Source: Polyangiales bacterium
GTDB taxonomy: Bacteria > Myxococcota_A > Polyangia > Polyangiales > Polyangiaceae
DNA length: 64,000 bases
Assembly (NCBI GenBank): GCA_038231275.1
Contig: JBBRLQ010000001.1
Location: 288,001-352,000 of the forward strand
Direction: 5' to 3'
Shown here: one piece after another, positions 9,820-17,608 of the stretch
How the letters are laid out: each line of letters begins with the position of its first letter
Position numbering within the stretch: the first letter of the stretch is position 1
Position numbers and translations under genes: made by a program
Notes under the pieces: generated by a model
Database searches by the model: none
What the model was told of the DNA's origin: nothing
What the model saw: the letters and a program-made list of their open reading frames with translations, nothing else

Positions 9820-9860
9820 TTGTAATACCAATTTGTCGGACCAATTTGTCAGACCAATTC
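9806..9860. promoter_or_regulatory. Four tandem 13-bp FadR/GntR-type operator-like boxes
   Basis: GTGGTCCTACCCA, TTTGTAATACCAA, TTTGTCGGACCAA, TTTGTCAGACCAA at a 13-bp period; an AT-rich island in GC-rich DNA. Confidence 0.6.
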
Positions 9861-9884
9861 GCTGGGCCATTCGCTTCGCGCCTC

Positions 9885-11333
9885 TCACGGGTACGAGCTC
9901 GAGTTGAACCACCACTCGACTCCGATCCCAGCAAAATGCTCCACGCTCCGCTGCGCGAACACGTCCTCGCTCGCGTAGAGCGCTTTGGTCCCCGAGTTCC
10001 GCGCGCTCATCGCGTAGATGAGACGAAACTGCGGGCGCTTGTACGAACCGCGCCCCGCCGGCGAAAAATACGGGAGCACGCCGAGCTTCCACACCGATGC
10101 GTTCAGCGGCGAGTTCGTGTTCGGATCCACGATCGCCAAACGCCGCGCCTGGAAGCTCCCATCGACGGCGAGCCCCCAGTGATCGCCGAAGTACACCTGC
10201 GGCCGCACGTCGATCGTCCCCTCGTCGAACTTCTGCGTCGACGTGGGCGACGGATCGCCGTCGCGGAAGAAACGTAGGTAGCCGCCAACGAGGAGCCCAA
10301 ACGGCCCCGTCTCCCAGTTGCCACCCAGCGCGAGCAGCGTCTCGCTCGAGCCGCTCGTCGTCTTGTCGTTCGCGAACGTCGACGGCGACGCGAGGGGATC
10401 GTACGCCGCGATCCCGCGCGCGTGCCGGAGAAACATCTGCACGAACGTGTCGCGCTCTCCCGTCCAGTACGCCAGCTCGGTGCCGACCATGAAGCCTTGA
10501 TCGCTGGGCAGCGGCTTGTCGTCGTTCGTCACCGTGTCGCGCGCGACGCCGGCGGCGAGCTCGTGCGCCTCGCCGTACGCGATCACCTTGAAGCCGGCCT
10601 TGCTGTCCGGCTGCTTGACGAGGTGCGTGACCTTCAGCGTCTCGACGACGCGCGGCCGATCGAGCTTGGTGACGTTCACCGTCCCGATGCCGAACGGCGC
10701 GACGGCCTGGATTTGCTGGAATTGGTACGGGTTGTCGAGGCGCTGCATCCCCACGTGCGCTTGGATCGTGGTCGCGTCGTTGGGGAGCTTGTACCCGACG
10801 CCGCCGCCGACCGTGTTCTGGTTGTCGAGCGGCCACCAGTCGAGAAGATAGATGTCGTCGCCGCGGTACATGCGCGCACCGACCCACATCGTCAGCGCGC
10901 CGTACTGGGCCTGCGCGTAGAGGTTGCGGATCGCGAGCTGCTGGTTCGCCGTGCCGCTGAAGTGGAAGAACGGCGGGAAGAGCGCGGCGGTCGCGACGAT
11001 CTTGGTCTTGATCGCGTCGGCGAACGTGTCCTCGCGGCGGAGCTCGAGCTCGGCGTAGCTCTCCTCGTCGACGCGCGAGCCGTGGGAGACGACGTTGGAC
11101 TGACGGCCTGTTCCACCGCGAAAATCACTGGCGATCCGCACGCGCCCGTACGAGCCGAACTCGAAGTGGCCGGACTCCGGAGTCGGAGTCGCAGTCGGAG
11201 TCGGAGTCGGAGTCGGAGTCGGGGTCGGAGTCGGAGTCGGGGGGGGTCCCTCGGCTCCGCCTCGGGATGACGGATCTTGCGCGTACGCGACGGTCGGCGC
11301 GAGGAGGAGCGCGAGGCAGAGGAGGCGTTTCAT
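9885..11333 (-). CDS. lamB: Carbohydrate porin, LamB/maltoporin family
   Basis: FEFGSYGR, ESYAELEL, WVGARMYRGDDIYLLDWW, C-terminal GIGVEWWF; lies between two GH13 genes. Confidence 0.85.
   Translation of the reverse strand: MKRLLCLALLLAPTVAYAQDPSSRGGAEGPPPTPTPTPTPTPTPTPTATPTPESGHFEFGSYGRVRIASDFRGGTGRQSNVVSHGSRVDEESYAELELRREDTFADAIKTKIVATAALFPPFFHFSGTANQQLAIRNLYAQAQYGALTMWVGARMYRGDDIYLLDWWPLDNQNTVGGGVGYKLPNDATTIQAHVGMQRLDNPYQFQQIQAVAPFGIGTVNVTKLDRPRVVETLKVTHLVKQPDSKAGFKVIAYGEAHELAAGVARDTVTNDDKPLPSDQGFMVGTELAYWTGERDTFVQMFLRHARGIAAYDPLASPSTFANDKTTSGSSETLLALGGNWETGPFGLLVGGYLRFFRDGDPSPTSTQKFDEGTIDVRPQVYFGDHWGLAVDGSFQARRLAIVDPNTNSPLNASVWKLGVLPYFSPAGRGSYKRPQFRLIYAMSARNSGTKALYASEDVFAQRSVEHFAGIGVEWWFNSSSYP
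11179..11238 (-). repeat. Hexamer repeat (GGAGTC on +, 10 units) encoding a Pro-Thr linker, followed by a G8 tract
   Basis: Read directly; encodes TPTPTPTPTPTPTPTATPTP. Confidence 0.95.
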
Positions 11334-11343
11334 GAAGGTGCGA

Positions 11344-13674
11344 TCAGGGCGCCAGGATGGCGGCGGCGCGGGCTCCGAGCGTGAGGTTCACTGCGCCGGC
11401 CGTCACGGGGACGTCGAGCCCGCCGAGGCGATCGTGGAGGGTGCCGTCGTTGAGGAGCCCGGCGGGGAGCGTGGCCGACACGGTGCGCGACGTCGTCGAC
11501 TTGTTGATCGCGACGAGCGCCGCGCCCGTCGCGTCTTTCCGCGCGAAGACGAGGACGTCCTGATCGGTGTTCACGACCGATACGTACGTGCCGCGGCGCA
11601 GCGGCGAGAGCTCTTTGCGCGCGACGCCGAGCTTTCGCGTGAAGGCGAGCGTCGCTTGCTCGTCGGCGTTCAGGGTCTGATCGCCGCGCCACATGACGCG
11701 GTTGTTCGGATCGGCGCCGCCCCACTCGCCGTACTCGTCGCCGTAGTAGACCATCGGCGCGCCAGGGCCACCGAGGAGCCACGCCAACGCGACGCGCTCA
11801 CGCTGGTACGCGTCGCTGTTCGTCGGCGCCGGCGCGGGGTTCGTCCACTGATTGCCCGCGCTGCCCGGTTGGCTCGAGAGGGTGACGAAGCGCGGCGTGT
11901 CGTGGCTGCCGATGTACGGCGTCATCATCGCGCCCGCGGGATACTGGCTCAGCGCGTACTTCGTCCAGAAGTCGACGTGCGGCATGTTGTGCCCCGCGGA
12001 GTCGCTGACGAACGCGGTGACGGGAACCGCGTAGTAGGTGACGAAGTCGGCCTGGCCGTCGAGGCCGTTCGGGCCGATGTACCGGCTAATCGTGCCGTAG
12101 TCGCTCGCGCTGTTCGCGGGGTTGTCGCCCTCCCAGCCCATCGCCGTCTCGCCGGTCAAGAAGAGGCGCGTGCCGGCCTGCTCGAACTCGCCCCTCAAGC
12201 GCGCGCTCATGTTGATCGTGCAGATGTCCTCGACGTGCTTCACCGCGTCGATGCGCAGGCCGTCGAGATCGAACGTGTCGACCCACCAGACCGCGTCCTC
12301 GCTCCACGTGTCGACGACCTCGGCGTTCGTCCAGTTCACGTCGGGCATGTAGCCGGCGAACATGCAGTCGAGGCGGTGCGTCGTCCAATCGCAGTTGTTC
12401 GTGCCGCAGATGCAGCCGGTGCGGAACCACTGGGGGTGTTGTGTGAAGTAGTCGTGGTCCTGGTGGACGTGGTTCACGACGAAGTCTTGAAGCACGCGGA
12501 TGCCATGCGCGTGCGCCGCGCCGACGAGGGCCTTCAGCGCGTCGTTGCCGCCGAGGCGCGGCTCGACCTCGCGCGCCTTCACCGGCCAGTAGCCGTGGTA
12601 GCCCATCGTGAGGTGCACGCCGTCGGCGGCCATCCACGCGCCCTTGGGGTTCGTGTGGTACGGCGAGAGCCACAGCGCCCGGACGCCGAGCTGATCGAAC
12701 GTGCCGTTGTCGATCGCCTGCTTCACGCCCGCGAGATCGCCGCCCTTGAAGTCGGCGCGCGGGTCGACGTTCGCCGTAGGGGCCGCGTCGTTCGAGGGGT
12801 CCCCGTTCTTGAAGCGGTCGACCATCGCCATGTAGATGAGCGCGTCGCTCCACGAGTACGTCTCGCCTTCGACCCAGAAGACCAGGCGCAGCGTCCTTGC
12901 TTTGCGACCGGCCTTGTCGGTGGCGTCGACGAAGACCGTATATTTTCCGTCGCCGAGGCTCGGCGCGGTGATCGCGATCGTGTTTCCGTCGACCGCGAGG
13001 GTTGCGGTCGCGGCGGTGACGCTGCCGTCTTTGCGGAGCGTTGCCTTGAGGGACGCGGGATCGATGCCGGGAGGCGGCGCGCCGACGCCGTCCGCGTACG
13101 CGACGGTGGCCGTGAAGCGACCTTGTCCGGCGGAAGGGCGCTCGGTTTTGTGATCTTTGGTGGTGAGCGTCGGGAGGTGGCAATCGGCAACGCGCACCGC
13201 GCTGTTCTCGACGCCGCCGACGTACTTGCGCAGGCGGCCGCCGGGATCGAGCCCGAACGCTCCGTCCAAGACGACCTTGTAGCCGACGAGACCGGGCGAG
13301 AGCGGCACCGTCACGGCGTAGCCGCCGCTCCCGTCGGGCGTCATCGCGGCGCCGGCAGGGTCCCAGTTGTTCCACTCGCCCGAGACGGCGACCTTGCCGT
13401 ACGTCTTGCCGGCAACCGGGACGAACTTGAAGGTCGTGGGGCACGCGCCGCCCACGTCTCCGTCGAAACCGGCCGCGTCGAACCGCGGTCCGCTGTCGTC
13501 GCCCGGCGCGCCGCCGTCGGGGCCTGGGAGAACGCCGGTGCCGGTCGCGTCGCCGCCGCCATCCAGGGACGCTGCGCCGCCGCCTTCCGACGAGCCGCAT
13601 GCTGCGATTGTGACGGCGGCTGCGATGGCCAGCGCGAGCCCCACTCCTCGAAGAACGACGCGCGGTTGGAGCAT
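11344..13674 (-). CDS. GH13 alpha-amylase lipoprotein with N-terminal CBM48-like domain
   Basis: VAVSGEWNNW...YKVVLDG (CBM48); VDRFKNGD, GYHGYW, DGLRIDAVKH, YIGSHD; lipobox IAAC. Confidence 0.9.
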   Translation of the reverse strand: MLQPRVVLRGVGLALAIAAAVTIAACGSSEGGGAASLDGGGDATGTGVLPGPDGGAPGDDSGPRFDAAGFDGDVGGACPTTFKFVPVAGKTYGKVAVSGEWNNWDPAGAAMTPDGSGGYAVTVPLSPGLVGYKVVLDGAFGLDPGGRLRKYVGGVENSAVRVADCHLPTLTTKDHKTERPSAGQGRFTATVAYADGVGAPPPGIDPASLKATLRKDGSVTAATATLAVDGNTIAITAPSLGDGKYTVFVDATDKAGRKARTLRLVFWVEGETYSWSDALIYMAMVDRFKNGDPSNDAAPTANVDPRADFKGGDLAGVKQAIDNGTFDQLGVRALWLSPYHTNPKGAWMAADGVHLTMGYHGYWPVKAREVEPRLGGNDALKALVGAAHAHGIRVLQDFVVNHVHQDHDYFTQHPQWFRTGCICGTNNCDWTTHRLDCMFAGYMPDVNWTNAEVVDTWSEDAVWWVDTFDLDGLRIDAVKHVEDICTINMSARLRGEFEQAGTRLFLTGETAMGWEGDNPANSASDYGTISRYIGPNGLDGQADFVTYYAVPVTAFVSDSAGHNMPHVDFWTKYALSQYPAGAMMTPYIGSHDTPRFVTLSSQPGSAGNQWTNPAPAPTNSDAYQRERVALAWLLGGPGAPMVYYGDEYGEWGGADPNNRVMWRGDQTLNADEQATLAFTRKLGVARKELSPLRRGTYVSVVNTDQDVLVFARKDATGAALVAINKSTTSRTVSATLPAGLLNDGTLHDRLGGLDVPVTAGAVNLTLGARAAAILAP

Positions 13675-13814
13675 TGCGGGGGGCCTCGCCTACTAGAGGA
13701 GAAGGCTCTAGCACGGGCCCCGCGGGGCGCCACGAGAAAGTAACTCAGCGATGCGTTACGCTCTCACGGACCGCGACCGTGGACGCTCCCGGTGAGAGCG
13801 GATACCACGGCGCG

Positions 13815-15368
13815 ATGATCCGAAAAGGCGCGTGGGGTCTGTGGCTTGGGCTCGTGGCGGCGGGGCTCGCCGCGGCGTGCGGAGGGGACGCGGCGCCGGG
13901 GACGAAGAGCGCGGTCGACGTGCAGTCGTCCAAGATGGGCGAGACGTTCGCCGGGCAGAACCGCTGCAACCCGAAGAACCACGAGCGCCCCTTCATCATC
14001 GAGTGGGACGCGACGGACATGTCGAGCTTCGAGTCGCGCGCCGCGAACGACGTCGTCTTCGTGCGCTACCAAGGCTGCGACCTCATCGTGATCGACTCGT
14101 GCGCGGACGAGTCGGTACGCGGGACCTACGGCTCCTACAAGCCGGTCGAGTGGACGAGCGGCTCGGTCGAGTCGCTCGACATCGGCAACGAGGCCGAGCT
14201 CTACACGAAGCTGCCGCTCGGCGCGGGCTCGCTCGGTGGACGCGTGCACGGCGGCGAGAAGTTCCACATGGAGTACTTCGTCAGCGGCACGCGCACGGCA
14301 ACGCGCGACGCCGTCCACCGCGCGGATCTCGCGAAGCGTCCCGGCTGCAAGAACGCGACGCACTACGTGTACGCGTACAACCTCGGCGCCTTCGCGCTTG
14401 GTGCGCAGTCGAACCTCAACGCGCAGGCCGGCGCCACCGTGTGGGGCGTGGGAGCCGGTGGCGCGCGCTCCTCGTCGTCGAAGGCCGACAAGCGCGGCGG
14501 CGACATCGGGACGTGCCGCGGCGAGTCCGCGAAAGAGATGCAGACGTGCAAAGTCCCGATTCGCCTCACGCTGCGCGAAATCGCCGGCGACGAGAGCGCC
14601 GACGCCAAGGACGCGCGCGCGCCGGAGACCGCGGAGGCCAAGAACCTCGCCGGGCGCCTCCAAGCCACCACCGATCGCGAGAAGCAGGCCGAAGAGCACG
14701 CCCGCGCGGCGGAGACCAGGATCGGCGCGCGCGACGGCAAGAGCTGCGTCGCCGAGCTGGACGAGCACGACAAGCTCGATCCGCGGCCGAGCGGTCTGTC
14801 GACGAGCACCGGTTCGTACCTCGCTGCGAACCGCGCGCGCTGCTTGATGCTCGCGGGGCAGTGCCCGGCCGGCAAGGATCTGTTCCGCAAGGCCCTCGAG
14901 AAGAGCGCCGCCGCCGGCACGACCGGGCCCGCCGAGCTCGATCGCAAGACCGACGAGGCCGCGACGCTCTATTGCCAGGGCGGCACGATGAGCCCGCGCG
15001 ATCAGTACTTGAAGGCCGGAGCCGATCTCGAGGTCGCCGCATACAAGGAGAGGAAGGACGTCGCCTACTGCAAGGCCGCCTACGAGACCGCCAAGCGCCT
15101 CGTCTCGACCGTGAAGCCAAAGGACGATGACGATCCGGTGAAATTCGTCTTCGCGAACGTGCGCACCAACGCGCCGAAGTGCTTCGCGCGCGCCGGCGAC
15201 TGCGCCCAGGCGCTCGCCGTCTACAAAGAGGCGTGGGTGCTGGATCCGCTGATGTCGGAGGCCTCGAAGAAGCTGAACGAGCAGGGCCTGAAGGTCGGCT
15301 TCGACGGCGTCGTCGGCGGCAACGGCGTGTGCCCCAAGACCGCGAAGAAAGAAGCCTGGGAGAAGTAA
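13815..15368 (+). CDS. Cys-rich lipoprotein of unknown function with helical (TPR-like) C-terminal half
   Basis: Lipobox AAAC after MIRKGAWGLWLGLVAAGL; GC3-rich codon usage. Confidence 0.8.
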   Translation: MIRKGAWGLWLGLVAAGLAAACGGDAAPGTKSAVDVQSSKMGETFAGQNRCNPKNHERPFIIEWDATDMSSFESRAANDVVFVRYQGCDLIVIDSCADESVRGTYGSYKPVEWTSGSVESLDIGNEAELYTKLPLGAGSLGGRVHGGEKFHMEYFVSGTRTATRDAVHRADLAKRPGCKNATHYVYAYNLGAFALGAQSNLNAQAGATVWGVGAGGARSSSSKADKRGGDIGTCRGESAKEMQTCKVPIRLTLREIAGDESADAKDARAPETAEAKNLAGRLQATTDREKQAEEHARAAETRIGARDGKSCVAELDEHDKLDPRPSGLSTSTGSYLAANRARCLMLAGQCPAGKDLFRKALEKSAAAGTTGPAELDRKTDEAATLYCQGGTMSPRDQYLKAGADLEVAAYKERKDVAYCKAAYETAKRLVSTVKPKDDDDPVKFVFANVRTNAPKCFARAGDCAQALAVYKEAWVLDPLMSEASKKLNEQGLKVGFDGVVGGNGVCPKTAKKEAWEK

Positions 15369-15462
15369 TCGAGAAGTAGCGGCCTGAGGGCGCCCTCGCC
15401 GCGAACGAGAAAGCGCGCAACTTCCGCGCGCCGGTGTCGACAGGGGATCGAGGAGACCCCCC

Positions 15463-16860
15463 ATGATCGGCACCGACGGTCCCAGAGCCCTTTCTACGCG
15501 CGAAAAGCTCGAGTCACGCGACGACGATCCGGCCGCGGTTCGCAGGCCCCCCGCGCGCTGCGCCGCGCCGGAGCCCGATTGGTCGTCGGTGCCCACGGAC
15601 TGGCACGCGCCCATGCCGCTCCCGAGCCCGACGCCGCCTCCGCCCGCGCAGCCCGCCGCGGCGCCCCCGCGTGATGGCACGTCGGGCCTGCCGTCGCTCC
15701 CGGCGTCGCCCGACGCCGTTCGCCGCACGCAGCTCGCGTGGCTCGCCAAGGATCTCCCCCACGTCGATCGCTCCGATCCGGCGCACGTCGTCGCCGCAGG
15801 TGACTACCGACTCCACGCGCAGCTCCAGAAGCAAGCGGGCGGCGGCGATGCGGTGGCGTATTGGACCGCGCACAACGTCCTCACGAAACGGACCGAGTTC
15901 GTGGTGGCGCCGGCGGCGCTGGAGGACTTCACGAAGAACGCGCATGTGTACGTCGATGCCGCGGCGCGCAGCGCGAGCAACGGTGTCCCCACGCATGGCT
16001 ACGAGATCGAGAGCCAACGCGTCGTCGAGGCGCTCATGAACGAAGGCGTCGGCGCGGCGCTCGGTCACCTCGGGCAGGCGTGGGGCGCGGCCGTCCGCGA
16101 TCCGCAGTGGTGGGGAAAGACGGCGCTCGACGTCGTCGCGGGAGCGGGCCCCGCGGTGTCGGCGCGCGGTGCCGGCGCAGCGGCGCTCGCCACGGAGGCG
16201 ACACCGCTGATCGACGAGGCGACCCAGCTCGCCGCTGCGCGCGCCGCGAAAGGAGTCCTGTCGACGGCGCGCGCCGCCGAGCCAGAGATCACCGCCACTG
16301 TGCGCGCCGCGGCCGAGGCGAAGGGCGGCACGATGGTCGGCCTCGAGGCTCGCCTCAAAACGGAGGGCTCGCTGACGCGCAAGATCGCGACGGACGCCCG
16401 AGAGGCCACGAAGGTCGATGCGGCAGCAGAGGGCGTGAAAGACGCCGTTCGCTACACGGCGAGCTACGACAGCGCCCGCTACGGCCAGGGCTTTCGCTCC
16501 GTCGTGAAGGAGCTCGAGGCCCAAGGTTACGAGGTCAAGATGCTGAAGAACACGTGGGCCACCGACGGGTACCGCGGCGTCAACACGAGCTTGCGCTCCC
16601 CGTCCGGCCAGGTCTTCGAGCTCCAGTTCCACACTCCCGAGAGCTTCGCCGCCAAGACGGAGGGACACCTCCTCTACGAAGAGTGGCGCGCGCCCGGGAC
16701 GTCGCTCGAGCGCCGCACCGCGCTCGAGGCGGAGATGAGCGAGCGCTTCCGGATGGTGCCCATCCCTCCCGGCGCCATCGACGTCGGTCTCCTCGAGACG
16801 CTCGCCCGTAAGGGCATCGGCATCATCGTTCCCGCCACCCACCGAGAGGCCACGCCATGA
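15463..16860 (+). CDS. Polymorphic-toxin-like protein with C-terminal RelA/SpoT-like alarmone synthetase domain (Apk/Tas1-like)
   Basis: SD GAGGAG; motifs RLKTEGSLTRK, KDAVRYT, GYRGVN, FELQFHTPES, HLLYEEWR; Pro-rich and Ala-rich N-terminal region. Confidence 0.85.
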   Translation: MIGTDGPRALSTREKLESRDDDPAAVRRPPARCAAPEPDWSSVPTDWHAPMPLPSPTPPPPAQPAAAPPRDGTSGLPSLPASPDAVRRTQLAWLAKDLPHVDRSDPAHVVAAGDYRLHAQLQKQAGGGDAVAYWTAHNVLTKRTEFVVAPAALEDFTKNAHVYVDAAARSASNGVPTHGYEIESQRVVEALMNEGVGAALGHLGQAWGAAVRDPQWWGKTALDVVAGAGPAVSARGAGAAALATEATPLIDEATQLAAARAAKGVLSTARAAEPEITATVRAAAEAKGGTMVGLEARLKTEGSLTRKIATDAREATKVDAAAEGVKDAVRYTASYDSARYGQGFRSVVKELEAQGYEVKMLKNTWATDGYRGVNTSLRSPSGQVFELQFHTPESFAAKTEGHLLYEEWRAPGTSLERRTALEAEMSERFRMVPIPPGAIDVGLLETLARKGIGIIVPATHREATP

Positions 16861-17090
16861 GCCAGATGAGATTTTTCGTGCGCAGCGACGACGGCAAGCC
16901 CTTCGCCGTCATACGGTTTCGCGAGCGGGACGACGGTCTCCGGACTTCGGACATCTGGCGCGAAGATCATTGGGAGGAAAATACGTAATACATTGGCAAG
17001 TACCACTTCGTCGGGTTCGATTCGGACACGGACGAAGTGAGCGAACGGCAGGCCAAGCGGGCCATCCTTGCCATGGGGGAATCGCGATGA
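16857..17090 (+). pseudogene. Small immunity-like gene (77 codons) interrupted by in-frame TAA at 16986-16988
   Basis: ATGA overlaps with both neighbours in one frame; MSQMRFFVRSDDGKPFAVIRFRERDDGLRTSDIWREDHWEENT*YIGKYHFVGFDSDTDEVSERQAKRAILAMGESR. Confidence 0.8.
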
Positions 17091-17608
17091 CCGAAGAGTT
17101 TTCACCGAAGGACACCCCGGAAACCGAGGCCCGCCGCTTCGCCGTCGAGGCGCACGCCGATCAGCGCTACGGCGACGCTCCGTACGTGACGCACCTCGGC
17201 GCGGTGCGCAGCGTCCTCGCCGACTTCGGGCACGGCGGCCCGCTCGCGATCGCGGCGTGGCTGCACGACACCGTCGAGGACACCAAGGTGACGCGCGAGG
17301 ACGTCGAGTCGCGCTTCGGCGCCGAAGTGGCGGCGCTCGTCTGGGCGGTGACGGGCACCGGCGCGACGCGCGAGGAGCGGAACCACAGCGCGTACGCGAA
17401 GATTCAGGCGCACCCCGCGGCGGCGACCCTGAAGCTCGCGGATCGCGTCGCCAACGTCGAAGCGTCGCGCACAGTGCCGGCGAAGCTCGCGAAGTACCGC
17501 GCCGAGTGGGAGTCGTTCCACGGCCACCTCAAGGGCCTCGGCGACGCGCGCATGTGGGCACGCCTCGCGCGCGGGCTCGGCGTGGAGGGCGACGTTCAGG
17601 GAGCGTGA
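17087..17608 (+). CDS. HD-domain small alarmone hydrolase (Mesh1/Aph1-like)
   Basis: AHADQRYGDAPYVTH, AWLHDTVEDT, KLADRVAN; stand-alone 173 aa. Confidence 0.9.
   Translation: MTEEFSPKDTPETEARRFAVEAHADQRYGDAPYVTHLGAVRSVLADFGHGGPLAIAAWLHDTVEDTKVTREDVESRFGAEVAALVWAVTGTGATREERNHSAYAKIQAHPAAATLKLADRVANVEASRTVPAKLAKYRAEWESFHGHLKGLGDARMWARLARGLGVEGDVQGA

Noticed and set aside
16970-17086. N-terminal extension of the HD hydrolase in the ORF track
   Set aside because: This stretch belongs to the interrupted small gene in another frame; the ATGA overlap supports a start at 17087.
15463-17608. Split housekeeping relA/spoT
   Set aside because: No TGS/ACT domains, synthetase precedes hydrolase, the motifs are toxin-type and a small gene lies between them.
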